Of a DNA stretch of 64,000 nt, positions 9,430 through 18,900 are shown one piece after another; position 1 is the stretch's first letter, and every line of letters begins with the position of its first letter. The position numbers and the translations under genes are program-made. A model generated the notes under the pieces. It ran no database searches and was not told where the DNA came from. It was given only the letters and a program-made list of their open reading frames with translations. Source of the stretch: a virus; IMG/VR virus record IMGVR_UViG_3300028284_000004, positions 3,304-67,303 of that record; one strand, written 5' to 3'.

Positions 9430-10029
9430 ATGCAATTAAAAGAAGGTATAATCTCTGGTGCTGGTGATTTATTCTATGCCTTTAGATTCCTCAAACTACT
9501 CACTACTAAATGGACAGATATGAAGGCCTATGAAGAAGGCGTCATTGATGAAAATGGTAATGTGATAGTCAAAGCCAATAGAACTCCTGCGCAAAAGAGT
9601 TCATTTACTGTATTCCATCGTTTAGTCTTTAATGTAAAAAGATTACTCGAAAAACTTCCGTTTGGTAAAACTAAACTAGCTAGTTATGCTGCTGCTCTAT
9701 TCCTTATTAAAGAGCATACCGGAATGTCTGACATGTCAATTAGAAGAACCTTAGAAAAAGCCCTAGGATCTGAATTTGATGATGATTCGATGATCGCCGA
9801 GAATACCTGGTTTGAAACCGATGCTGGATTGTCTAAAGGTACCTATATGCTTATGTCAGACATTGCTTCTCCTGTAACTGGTGAAGTGATTGCATTAAAG
9901 AATAGCAAAGTTGTTGTTGAACAGGTTACTAAGCCATCAGCAACAATGTTCGGATGCAATGTATATGGTGTATATCATCCAAAAACAAATCAAAAGATAT
10001 ATATTACAAATGGAGATATTTCACGATGA
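9430..10029 (+). CDS. conserved T4-like phage hypothetical protein
   Basis: DLFYAFRFLKLL..FHRLVFNVKRLL..LASYAAALFLIKE. Confidence 0.7.
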   Translation: MQLKEGIISGAGDLFYAFRFLKLLTTKWTDMKAYEEGVIDENGNVIVKANRTPAQKSSFTVFHRLVFNVKRLLEKLPFGKTKLASYAAALFLIKEHTGMSDMSIRRTLEKALGSEFDDDSMIAENTWFETDAGLSKGTYMLMSDIASPVTGEVIALKNSKVVVEQVTKPSATMFGCNVYGVYHPKTNQKIYITNGDISR

Positions 10030-10220
10030 GCGTAGATAACTTTAAACAGTGGGAAATGGCTGCTAATAATGCTGGCAATGGTCAAGTTTCGATGCCGGCA
10101 GATGTCCAACTGTCAAAAAAGAAAAAAGAAAAGAAATCATATGATGGAAGAACCAAAGAGGGTAGAAAATTCTTTGAGAGGCTTCTAGCACGCAGAGAAG
10201 CCAGACAAAATGTTAAGTAA
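10026..10220 (+). CDS. small basic hypothetical protein
   Basis: ATGA-coupled start; MSVDNFKQWE leader; DGRTK motif. Confidence 0.6.
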   Translation: MSVDNFKQWEMAANNAGNGQVSMPADVQLSKKKKEKKSYDGRTKEGRKFFERLLARREARQNVK

Positions 10221-10593
10221 AATTCTTATTGGTATGATGCTCATGATGGGTATTGGTGGTTATTTCTATTATACCACTACTCAGGCAGAGATGATCACAT
10301 TACGTGATATGAATAAAGCATACGAGCTAAAATTCGAAACCCAAGAGGATACAATTAATTCCCTACAAACATCTTATGCTACGCAGACCGAAGGCTTGAA
10401 TGAAATGATTCTTAAGAATCAACAGATTCAAGGTGAAATGAATAGATATTTAGATATTTTTAAACGACATGATCTAGCACGATTAGCTGCTGCAAAGCCC
10501 GGACTAATTGAGCCTAGAGTTAACGGAGCAACAAAAGATGTATTCACCTCTCTTGAGAACGACAGCGCTTTTATCGACAATATTGATAATTAG
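10210..10593 (+). CDS. inner-membrane spanin (Rz-like)
   Basis: N-terminal TM helix then a coiled coil; overlaps the lipoprotein gene. Confidence 0.7.
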   Translation: MLSKILIGMMLMMGIGGYFYYTTTQAEMITLRDMNKAYELKFETQEDTINSLQTSYATQTEGLNEMILKNQQIQGEMNRYLDIFKRHDLARLAAAKPGLIEPRVNGATKDVFTSLENDSAFIDNIDN

Positions 10594-10963
10594 TGGTTGT
10601 TCACTACTGAAACCCCAGCCGATTCCGGTTGAGATCAAAACAGTACCTATACAAATTCCCATTACACAACCTGTATTGCCTAGGGCCATCGACATGAAGG
10701 AGCCTTATTGGTATGTCGTGTCAGAAAAAAACCTAGATGAATTTTTAGAGAGAATCGAAAAAGAATCCGGCAATTTGGTGTTCTTTGCTATGTCACCGGC
10801 TGATTACGAATTAATGGCATACAACTTACAAGAAATAAAGAGGTATGTTAAAGAATTGAAGGAGGTAGTTGTATACTACAAGAAAGTTACAACGATAAAT
10901 AATGCAAATGACAACACTAATACTGGAGATGATGGGAATGGCACCGAACAACCAAATAATTAA
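10538..10963 (+). CDS. outer-membrane lipoprotein spanin (Rz1-like)
   Basis: Signal peptide with lipobox ISG-C, Ser at +2, Pro-rich linker. Confidence 0.7.
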   Translation: MYSPLLRTTALLSTILIISGCSLLKPQPIPVEIKTVPIQIPITQPVLPRAIDMKEPYWYVVSEKNLDEFLERIEKESGNLVFFAMSPADYELMAYNLQEIKRYVKELKEVVVYYKKVTTINNANDNTNTGDDGNGTEQPNN

Positions 10964-11717
10964 ATGCTCGCAATTGTCTTTAGGCGAAAGAGCACTGGTC
11001 GCAGCTAAGCTTGCACAACTAGCTTATGCACAGGCCGAACAAGCAGAGATTGCAGGCAAAGAATTAGGATTTGCCTCAGTTAAATTGTTAGCTAACGATG
11101 GAGCTGAATGTTTAGTTCTTCGTAGTAGAGAAGATCTATGGCTTGCGTTCAGAGGAACTGAGCCAACTAAATTTAACGATATTATGGCTGATCTGAAAGT
11201 AGTTAAGCATTCAGCCCAAGCCGGCGGTAGAGTTCATGGTGGTTTCCAAGAAGAGATCAACGACCTATGGGTTCTCATCCTAAAAGAACTAGAACAAAAC
11301 GATCAACTAAAGGCACGTAAAAATGTATACATTTGTGGTCATTCTCTCGGCGGTGCTATGGCTACTATTGCTGCATCACGCTATACGCCAACAGAGTTAT
11401 TCACGTTCGGGTCGCCACGAGTCGGAGGTAAACGATTCATCAAGAATGTAGATTGTACTCATTACCGATTCGTTAACAATAATGATATTGTAACTAAAGT
11501 ACCACCAGCGGTTTTACGCTTTAAACATCATGGTACACTTCAGTACTTTAATGCTTATGGTCAACTCAGAAAGCTTACTCCATGGCAACAAGTAAAAGAT
11601 ATCTTTAGAGGTATCTGGGCCGGCTGGAAAAGAGGTAAGTTCTTTGATGCACTGACTGATCACTCTATGGTTAACTATGTAGAGTATATTAAAAACAATA
11701 AAGAGGATATAGTATAA
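10938..11717 (+). CDS. class 3 lipase / alpha-beta hydrolase
   Basis: AFRGT, VHGGF, GHSLGG nucleophile elbow, TFGSPRVG, DIVTKVP, C-terminal DH; start could also be 10929 or 10932. Confidence 0.9.
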   Translation: MAPNNQIIKCSQLSLGERALVAAKLAQLAYAQAEQAEIAGKELGFASVKLLANDGAECLVLRSREDLWLAFRGTEPTKFNDIMADLKVVKHSAQAGGRVHGGFQEEINDLWVLILKELEQNDQLKARKNVYICGHSLGGAMATIAASRYTPTELFTFGSPRVGGKRFIKNVDCTHYRFVNNNDIVTKVPPAVLRFKHHGTLQYFNAYGQLRKLTPWQQVKDIFRGIWAGWKRGKFFDALTDHSMVNYVEYIKNNKEDIV

Positions 11718-12037
11718 TGTATTGGTTTATCCTCAAATCTATCCTTGGATCCGTCGTCGGTAGTTCATTCTACCAATGGTGGCAAGGTACTACTATGGGC
11801 ATCTGGTTTCAAAAGCACCTAGATGCCTTTATGCAATACGTAGCAACTAAATACGATATTGACGTTGCAAAGAAAGATGCAAAATTCCAAAAGCAATTTC
11901 CGCTTATAGCCGAAAGATTAAAAGAACTAGAAATTAATAGTCATCCTCCTATCTCTCCTGATGGAACAACTGAGATTATCGAGCGCATTAATGCTATCAC
12001 GGCACGACTCGATAAGATTGAAAAAAAGAAAAAATAG
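11717..12037 (+). CDS. hypothetical protein with hydrophobic/amphipathic N-terminus
   Basis: RBS GAGGA, TAATG coupling, MYWFILKSILGSVVG. Confidence 0.7.
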   Translation: MYWFILKSILGSVVGSSFYQWWQGTTMGIWFQKHLDAFMQYVATKYDIDVAKKDAKFQKQFPLIAERLKELEINSHPPISPDGTTEIIERINAITARLDKIEKKKK

Positions 12038-12040
12038 TTG

Positions 12041-12069
12041 TGTACATATACCGCGTACTGTGGTATAAT
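12041..12069 (+). promoter_or_regulatory. early/sigma70-type promoter
   Basis: TGTACA-17-TATAAT with extended TG, upstream of nrdA. Confidence 0.85.
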
Positions 12070-12100
12070 ATATAATATTACAAGATAGGAATATATCATT

Positions 12101-14404
12101 ATGAATTTTAACGTCACAAAAAGGGACGGGAGCATCCAACCCTTTGATTTAGAGAAGTTACACAAAGTTTTGGATTGGGCTACTGATGGAATCACCGGTG
12201 TCTCAATCTCTGAAATTGAATTAAAAGCAAATATCCAATTATACGATAAGATTCCAGCTTATGATATTCACGAGCTGCTTATTAAATCTGCAGCTGAGCA
12301 AATCTCAGAATACACCCCAAATTATCAGTATGTTGCCGCACGGCTTGTTAACTATAAACTTCGTAAAGAAGTATATGGTCAATATGAACCATGGGATCTT
12401 GTAAGAGTCGTAATCAATAATATCGCTGAAGGTGTTTATGATGGCGATATCATGCAGAAATATACTCGTGAAGAACTACTAGAACTTGATTCATATATCA
12501 AGCATGAACGAGATGATACATTTACCTATGTCGGTATGGAACAGTTCCGTGGTAAGTATCTGGTACAAAACCGTAAGACAAAACAAATCTATGAAACCCC
12601 TCAGATTCTTTATATGATGGTTGCTGCCACGTTGTTTGGTAGTTACCCTAAAGAGACGAGACTACAATACGTTAAGGATTATTATGATGCTATCTCACAA
12701 TTCTATATCTCACTCCCAACACCAATTATGGCAGGAGTTCGAACATCGACTCGCCAGTTCAGTTCTTGTGTACTCATCGAATCTGGAGACTCCCTTGACA
12801 GTATTAATGCTACTGCTACTTCGATTGTCAAGTACATAAGCAAAAAGGCTGGTATTGGTATTGGTGCAGGATCTATCCGTGCAGCTGGTGCTGAAGTCGG
12901 TGATGGTTCTATTGTGCACACAGGACTTATTCCGTTCCTTAAGTATTTCCAATCAGCAGTAAAATCGTGCTCCCAAGGTGGTGTACGTGGGGGTGCAGCT
13001 ACTGTATACCTACCAATGTGGCATTATGAGTATGAAGATCTTGTAGTACTAAAGAACAATAAGGGTACTGAAGAAAACCGTGTACGCCATATGGATTATG
13101 CATTCCAAGTCAACAAGCTTATGTATGAACGTCTATTGACTGGTGGCAGTATTACTTTCTTTGATCCGAACGATGTTCCTGGACTATATGAATCATTCTT
13201 TAATGATCAAGATAAGTTTAAAGAGCTATACGAAAAGTATGAAAAGACTCGTTCTATTCGTAAGAAAACGATGACAGCAGTTGAAGCATTCTCTTCTCTA
13301 TTGAGTGAACGTAAAGATACTGGTAGGATCTATGTGCAGAACGTAGATCACGCAAATGATCATGGCGCATTTGATGCTAAAGTTGCTCCTATCCGTATGA
13401 GTAACCTATGTGTAGAGATCAATCTACCAACTACTCCATTACAATCAGCTGATGATGAGAACGGCGAGATTTCTCTATGTACTCTTTCAGCAATCAATTG
13501 GGGTCTTATTAATGATCCTTCTGAGTTTGAGAAGTATTGTACCTTAGCAGTACGTGGTTTAGATGAGTTGTTAGACTATCAAGACTATCCAGTTCCTGCT
13601 GCACATCGAGGCACTATGAACCGTAGACCATTAGGTATTGGTATCATTAACCTTGCATACTTCCTTGCAAAACGTGGTATGAAGTATGATTCATCTGCAT
13701 ATGAAACCGTAGATGAATATGCAGAGGCATGGTCGTATTATCTCATTAAAGCATCTGCCGATCTTGCGAAAGAAAAAGGTAAAATAAATGCAAATAATGA
13801 GACAAAATACGCATCTGGAGTGTTTCCAAATAATACATATAAGAGTGCAGTAGATAATATTGTAGAGCACCGGGTACGCATGCCGTGGACTGAATTGGGC
13901 TGCCAACTCAGAGAAACAGGTATCCGTAATTCCACTCTCATGGCACTTATGCCAGCCGAAACATCTGCACAGATTAGTAATAGTACTAATGGTATTGAAC
14001 CTCCTAGAGCTTTGGTATCGTATAAACAAAGTAAAGATGGGGTTATGGCTCAGGTTGTTCCTGGGTATCATCACCTTAAAAATAAATATGATCTCCTATG
14101 GGACCAAGAATCTCCGGAGGGTTATCTTCACATTTGTGCTATTCTACAGAAATATGTTGACCAAGGGATAAGTGTTAATACATCGTATAACCCTGAGCAC
14201 TTCGAAGACTCAAAGATCCCGATGTCAATCCTTATAAAGGACCTTGTAACTGCTTACAAATATGGTCTTAAGCAACTCTATTACTTCAACACTTTTGACG
14301 GTGCTGGAGAAATGACAGATAATGAAACGCATCACGCATATGATGGTGCATCAACCCAAACAATTATTGACGACGAGGAAGATTGCGATTCATGCAAAAT
14401 CTGA
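12101..14404 (+). CDS. nrdA: ribonucleotide reductase class Ia alpha subunit
   Basis: N-terminal ATP cone (VTKRDG), QFSSC, SNLCVEI, PAETSAQISN, C-terminal CDSC. Confidence 0.98.
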   Translation: MNFNVTKRDGSIQPFDLEKLHKVLDWATDGITGVSISEIELKANIQLYDKIPAYDIHELLIKSAAEQISEYTPNYQYVAARLVNYKLRKEVYGQYEPWDLVRVVINNIAEGVYDGDIMQKYTREELLELDSYIKHERDDTFTYVGMEQFRGKYLVQNRKTKQIYETPQILYMMVAATLFGSYPKETRLQYVKDYYDAISQFYISLPTPIMAGVRTSTRQFSSCVLIESGDSLDSINATATSIVKYISKKAGIGIGAGSIRAAGAEVGDGSIVHTGLIPFLKYFQSAVKSCSQGGVRGGAATVYLPMWHYEYEDLVVLKNNKGTEENRVRHMDYAFQVNKLMYERLLTGGSITFFDPNDVPGLYESFFNDQDKFKELYEKYEKTRSIRKKTMTAVEAFSSLLSERKDTGRIYVQNVDHANDHGAFDAKVAPIRMSNLCVEINLPTTPLQSADDENGEISLCTLSAINWGLINDPSEFEKYCTLAVRGLDELLDYQDYPVPAAHRGTMNRRPLGIGIINLAYFLAKRGMKYDSSAYETVDEYAEAWSYYLIKASADLAKEKGKINANNETKYASGVFPNNTYKSAVDNIVEHRVRMPWTELGCQLRETGIRNSTLMALMPAETSAQISNSTNGIEPPRALVSYKQSKDGVMAQVVPGYHHLKNKYDLLWDQESPEGYLHICAILQKYVDQGISVNTSYNPEHFEDSKIPMSILIKDLVTAYKYGLKQLYYFNTFDGAGEMTDNETHHAYDGASTQTIIDDEEDCDSCKI

Positions 14405-15465
14405 AAAAGAAATCCCACCTAGAAAAAAATATGTTTTTAGATGAAGCGGTAGATATCGCACGGTACGACCAATTAAAGTATCCATCTATTGAGAAGATTA
14501 CTGATAAGCAATTGGGATTCTTTTGGAGACCTGAAGAGGTAGACGTATCAAAAGACAAGAAAGACTTTAATAGTTGTACTGATCACGAAAAGCATATCTT
14601 TACTTCTAACCTTAAGCGACAGATCTTATTGGATTCTGTTCAAGGTAGAGATCCGGCTATTGCGTTCTTGCCTATTAGTTCAATTCCTGAGATTGAGAAT
14701 TGGGTCATGACGTGGACATTCTTTGAGACTATCCACTCAAGATCTTATACCCATATTATTCGTAATGTGTATGCTAATCCATCTGAAGTATTTGATAACA
14801 TTATGGATAGCAAAGAGATCAGTGATTGTGCTACTGATATTTCAAAGTATTACGATGATCTAGAACAACGTAACCAAATCTCTCCAGGATATGGTTCATA
14901 TGAACATAAGAAATCTTTATATATGGCTATGATGGCAGCAAATGCTTTAGAAGGTATTCGCTTCTATGTATCCTTTGCATGTTCATGGGCATTTGCTGAG
15001 CTTAAAAAAATGGAAGGCAACGCAAAGATTATTAAGTTTATTGCACGAGATGAGAATGTTCACTTAGCGGCTACCACTAATATCATTAAGAACTTTACCA
15101 AAGAAGATCCTGATATGGTAAAGATTGCTGATGAGATGAAAGACGAAGTTGAAAAGTTATTTGTCGATGTAATTGAGCAAGAAAAAGCTTGGGCAAAATA
15201 CTTGTTTAAAGACGGAAGTATGATTGGTCTAAATGAAAGACTGTTAGGCGATTATGTTGAATTCATTGGATGTAAGAGAATGAGAGCCTTAGGAATCCAT
15301 TGCCCATACACAGTATCTAAGACTAACCCATTACCATGGACTGAAAAATGGATCGGTGGCGGTAACGTACAAGTTGCACCACAAGAAACAGAAATTACCT
15401 CATATGTAACAGGTGGAGTCAAACAAGACGTATCAGCCGAAACAATGGCTGGATTAAGTTTATAA
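14392..15465 (+). CDS. nrdB: ribonucleotide reductase class Ia beta subunit
   Basis: FFWRPEE, ETIHSRSY, EGIRFY, DENVH, VAPQETEITSY. Confidence 0.97.
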   Translation: MQNLKKKSHLEKNMFLDEAVDIARYDQLKYPSIEKITDKQLGFFWRPEEVDVSKDKKDFNSCTDHEKHIFTSNLKRQILLDSVQGRDPAIAFLPISSIPEIENWVMTWTFFETIHSRSYTHIIRNVYANPSEVFDNIMDSKEISDCATDISKYYDDLEQRNQISPGYGSYEHKKSLYMAMMAANALEGIRFYVSFACSWAFAELKKMEGNAKIIKFIARDENVHLAATTNIIKNFTKEDPDMVKIADEMKDEVEKLFVDVIEQEKAWAKYLFKDGSMIGLNERLLGDYVEFIGCKRMRALGIHCPYTVSKTNPLPWTEKWIGGGNVQVAPQETEITSYVTGGVKQDVSAETMAGLSL

Positions 15466-15480
15466 TAATAGGAGTATATT

Positions 15481-15717
15481 ATGCACATTGAAATTTATAG
15501 TAAAGAAGATTGTCCCTATTGCCAGTATGCAATTCAGAAAGCCGAGAGCATGAGTTCATACATTGAGAAGGTAGTAACATATAAAAAATATATGCTGGGT
15601 GAAGATTTTACAAGAGAAGAATTGCTTGAAAAGTTTCCAACAGCTAGAACATTTCCACAAATCACTATTGATGGCAAATCAATTGGTGGTTGGAACGAAT
15701 TCCAAAAGGTATCCTAA
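15481..15717 (+). CDS. nrdC: glutaredoxin
   Basis: CPYC, TFPQI and IGG motifs; follows nrdB. Confidence 0.9.
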   Translation: MHIEIYSKEDCPYCQYAIQKAESMSSYIEKVVTYKKYMLGEDFTREELLEKFPTARTFPQITIDGKSIGGWNEFQKVS

Positions 15718-15872
15718 TGACTAAAAGAAGACTCGAAATAGATTGTGAAGCATGTTATACTAGAACTGATGTTATCTACGAAGAAGCTCCGCCAATCTAT
15801 TGTCCAGTCTGCGGTGAAAAGCAAGAGGAATTAGCTTGGTCTGGTGAAGAACTCGATTTTGATGATGAATAA
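15717..15872 (+). CDS. small zinc-ribbon protein
   Basis: CEAC..CPVCG, acidic tail, coupled start. Confidence 0.65.
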   Translation: MTKRRLEIDCEACYTRTDVIYEEAPPIYCPVCGEKQEELAWSGEELDFDDE

Positions 15873-15880
15873 ATATAGGT

Positions 15881-16312
15881 ATGACAAATAAATGGCTATA
15901 TCACGACAAAGAATACAAACTTCCAGAAGAGTGCAGTCCCAAAGAACTGTATGGTTTCGTTTATCTAATAACCAACAAGATAACGAATCAGCAGTACGTA
16001 GGGAAGAAATGGTTTTGGAGCACCAAAACGTTACCAATAACCAAGACTCGAAAGAGACGAAAAAAGTTACTGGTTGAATCTAATTGGAAAGACTATTATG
16101 GTTCTAATGATCGTCTGAATAAAGATGTAATAGAACACGGCGTTGATAACTTTAAACGTGAGATATTACATCTTTGCAAATCCAAGGGAGACTGTTCATA
16201 TATGGAAGCAAAGGAACAGTTTGATAGGGATGTCCTTTTATCTGAAAATTATTATAATGGGATTATTGCCTGTAAGATATCAGGTATGCATGTAAAAAAT
16301 CTTATTAAATAG
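15881..16312 (+). CDS. GIY-YIG endonuclease, DenA (endonuclease II)-like
   Basis: GFVY..YVG motif; 143 aa single domain downstream of nrdB. Confidence 0.75.
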   Translation: MTNKWLYHDKEYKLPEECSPKELYGFVYLITNKITNQQYVGKKWFWSTKTLPITKTRKRRKKLLVESNWKDYYGSNDRLNKDVIEHGVDNFKREILHLCKSKGDCSYMEAKEQFDRDVLLSENYYNGIIACKISGMHVKNLIK

Positions 16313-16315
16313 TTG

Positions 16316-16344
16316 TGTACATCTCCTCTAAACTGTGGTATAAT
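16316..16344 (+). promoter_or_regulatory. early/sigma70-type promoter
   Basis: TGTACA-17-TATAAT with extended TG. Confidence 0.85.
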
Positions 16345-16351
16345 ACATGTT

Positions 16352-16741
16352 ATGAATAAAGATAATGTTATACAATTTCCAATAACGCCTCGTGTGCAAC
16401 GCATGCAGGCCGATATTGAAGAGAAATACTATGAGGCTATGGTCGATCAAGATAATGCTGTGCAAATGGCACATTACATTTTTGATCTAATGACTGTTGG
16501 AATTGCCGAACAAGACTGGGTTCCCGAATATAGAGATATGGAATTTAAAAATCCTGATGCGTATGAAGCTAAGGACGTATTTGTTATCTTAAATTTAATC
16601 AGCTCAATGCTATTAAGATACAAAGGTTATAGTCATATGATGCAGTATGACTTAGATGAACTATATGATAAACTTTGTGATGCATCACAAGGGGAACATT
16701 TACATTTTGATGATGAGGAAGAATACGATGATTTTGATTGA
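16352..16741 (+). CDS. hypothetical protein
   Basis: MNKDNVIQFP; the ATG lies just after the -10 box, so possibly leaderless. Confidence 0.7.
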   Translation: MNKDNVIQFPITPRVQRMQADIEEKYYEAMVDQDNAVQMAHYIFDLMTVGIAEQDWVPEYRDMEFKNPDAYEAKDVFVILNLISSMLLRYKGYSHMMQYDLDELYDKLCDASQGEHLHFDDEEEYDDFD

Positions 16742-17588
16742 TTTTAACCAGATTGCACTGAGTAATATTTTTGTGCAAAAACTTAATGAAGAGAATATGA
16801 TCCGTCATATGATTCTAAACTCTCTTCGGATGTATAACAAGAAATACCGTAATGAATATGGCAACATGGTAATATGTTGTGATGCCCCAAATACATGGCG
16901 TAGAGACTACTTTCCTTACTACAAAGCTAATCGTAAAAAGAACCGTGATTCCTCTGATATGGATTGGCCTGAAATCTTCCGCATTCTAAACCTAGTACGT
17001 GAAGAGATCTCCGAGAATCTTCCATACAAACTTCTTCAAATCGAAGGATGTGAAGCTGATGATATTATTGCTGGTCTTGCGCTAGAGACTCAAGAATTTG
17101 GTAAAGACGAAAAGGTAATGATTATCTCTTCCGATAAGGATTATATCCAACTTCAGAGATTTAACAATGTCCAACAGTTTTCTCCGATGCAAAAGAAAGT
17201 TGTAACAGATAAGAACCCTCGTAAGTATCTATTTGAACATGTTATCAAGGGTGATACTGGTGACGGTATTCCAAATATTCTTTCTAGTGATGATTGTTTG
17301 GCATCTGATGGTAAACGACAAACCCCTGTTACAAAGAAAAAGATCGAGATGTGGTTAGAAAATGCTGAAGATCTAAAATCTGTTATGGATGATGAGACCT
17401 ATAGGAATTACCAACGTAACAAAACACTCATTGATTTGACCGAAATCCCTGAGTCTGTAAAAAAAGAAATTATAAATACTTTTAATGAGACCAAAGTACC
17501 AATGAAGATGAAAGTATTAAACTATTTAATTAAAAAACGATGTAACCTATTGATTGACAGTGTTGAGGAATTTTATACATATGGCTAA
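16728..17588 (+). CDS. rnh: RNase H / 5'-3' exonuclease
   Basis: ILIDF, WRR..FPYYK, EADDII, SSDKD, GDTGDGIPN. Confidence 0.95.
   Translation: MILIDFNQIALSNIFVQKLNEENMIRHMILNSLRMYNKKYRNEYGNMVICCDAPNTWRRDYFPYYKANRKKNRDSSDMDWPEIFRILNLVREEISENLPYKLLQIEGCEADDIIAGLALETQEFGKDEKVMIISSDKDYIQLQRFNNVQQFSPMQKKVVTDKNPRKYLFEHVIKGDTGDGIPNILSSDDCLASDGKRQTPVTKKKIEMWLENAEDLKSVMDDETYRNYQRNKTLIDLTEIPESVKKEIINTFNETKVPMKMKVLNYLIKKRCNLLIDSVEEFYTYG
17471..17478 (+). promoter_or_regulatory. possible late promoter
   Basis: TATAAATA in the 3' end of rnh, upstream of ORF 17581. Confidence 0.45.
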
Positions 17589-18027
17589 GAAACTAATATC
17601 AGAAGTATTCGAATACGCAGCAAAACTAAAGACCAAAGAAGAAAAGAAAAAGTTCTTATTGGCAAATTCATCGTTACCCTTAAGAGATATTATTAAGGGT
17701 GGCTTCGACGAATCCATCAAATTTAACATTCCAGATGGAACTCCCCCATATACGAAAGACGATGCTCCTATTGGACACCAGCCATCTACGCTGTATAACC
17801 AGACTCGTAAATTCAAGTATTTTGTGAAAGGCGGAATCGGAGATAGAATTCTTCCTGCCCGACGTGAAAAAATGTTCATCGATTTACTAGAATCAATTCA
17901 TTCAAATGAAGCAGATCTAGTGATCGCAATGAAAGATAAAAAGCTCAAAGGAAAATATAGTGGCATTACTAAGAAATTATGTGCCGAGACATTCCCTAGC
18001 CTTTTCCCTGAAGAAAATAAACAGTAA
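17581..18027 (+). CDS. conserved T4-like phage protein (DUF6433-like)
   Basis: FD..IKF..P.G.PPY..RRE.MFI.LLE.IH..EA. Confidence 0.75.
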   Translation: MAKKLISEVFEYAAKLKTKEEKKKFLLANSSLPLRDIIKGGFDESIKFNIPDGTPPYTKDDAPIGHQPSTLYNQTRKFKYFVKGGIGDRILPARREKMFIDLLESIHSNEADLVIAMKDKKLKGKYSGITKKLCAETFPSLFPEENKQ

Positions 18028-18111
18028 CGATTATTGACTCAACTTAAAGGAGGTTAATCCCTAATCTATATAATGATCTTATACAAACAATAACTTTAAC
18101 GGAGTACAACC

Positions 18112-18273
18112 ATGAGGTTACATGAGATCGAAAGACTTAAACGAGATAGAAAAGAAACACAACACTATCAACGGAGTTTGCAGAAAAAGGGTAAAGACAC
18201 GCATGTTTATAAGATGCAAAAGAAAATTGAGTATCTTTCCGATTATATTAACGAACTATCGAGGGTCTCATAG
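18112..18273 (+). CDS. small hypothetical protein (53 aa, not in ORF track)
   Basis: GGAG RBS, MRLHEIERLKRD..RVS*. Confidence 0.65.
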   Translation: MRLHEIERLKRDRKETQHYQRSLQKKGKDTHVYKMQKKIEYLSDYINELSRVS

Positions 18274-18285
18274 ATAGAAAATAAT

Positions 18286-18338
18286 GAAAGTAAACCTCGC
18301 ATTTAGGGGTTTACTTTCTCTTTATACTATGATATAAT
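18286..18338 (+). promoter_or_regulatory. hairpin/terminator overlapping an early promoter
   Basis: GAAAGTAAACC/GGTTTACTTTC inverted repeat; TTTACT(18310)-17-TATAAT(18333). Confidence 0.75.
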
Positions 18339-18345
18339 ACACATT

Positions 18346-18891
18346 ATGAATATATTTGTACTTGACAATAATCCAATAACCGCAGCTCAATATCATAACA
18401 ACAAGCATGTTGTAAAGATGATACTCGAGGCTGCACAAATGCTATCAACTGCACATAGAATTCTAGACGGTGAAGAATATGCCGATAAGTCTAGATCTGG
18501 TCGCAATATCAAACGATGGAAGCTAGAAGAGAATAATGATCTCATCTATAAAGCTGTCCATGTTAACCATCCTTGTACTATCTGGACAAGAGAATCTTTA
18601 GAAAATTATCAATGGCATTATGACCTATTCGTTGCATTATGTGATGAGTATACATATAGGTATGGTAAAGTTCATGAAACTGATACAAAACTGAGAGATG
18701 TATTAAAACATCCACCAAAAAATATCGAAACTACTAAAGGCCTAACTCCATTTGCTCAAGCAATGCCAGATTATTGCAAGAATCCAGATGGAGTTACTGC
18801 CTATAGAAACTATTACATACACGAAAAAACAGAGTTATGTGTATGGAAGCAACGAGCCATTCCCGAATGGTTTAATGTACTAACGGCGTAG
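18346..18891 (+). CDS. pyrimidine dimer DNA glycosylase / endonuclease V family protein
   Basis: MNIFVLD..KHVVKMILE.AQML, H.NHPC.IW, AYR.YY. Confidence 0.8.
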   Translation: MNIFVLDNNPITAAQYHNNKHVVKMILEAAQMLSTAHRILDGEEYADKSRSGRNIKRWKLEENNDLIYKAVHVNHPCTIWTRESLENYQWHYDLFVALCDEYTYRYGKVHETDTKLRDVLKHPPKNIETTKGLTPFAQAMPDYCKNPDGVTAYRNYYIHEKTELCVWKQRAIPEWFNVLTA

Positions 18892-18900
18892 GAGTATTCA

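Noticed and set aside
12101-15465. Introns or inteins in nrdA/nrdB
   Set aside because: Both ORFs are continuous and of normal length
15881-16312. Mobile homing endonuclease
   Set aside because: Single short GIY-YIG domain with no C-terminal DNA-binding repeats; size and position fit a DenA-like nuclease better
16313-16351. Longer TTG start for the ORF ending at 16741
   Set aside because: The extension coincides with the promoter elements; ATG 16352 is preferred
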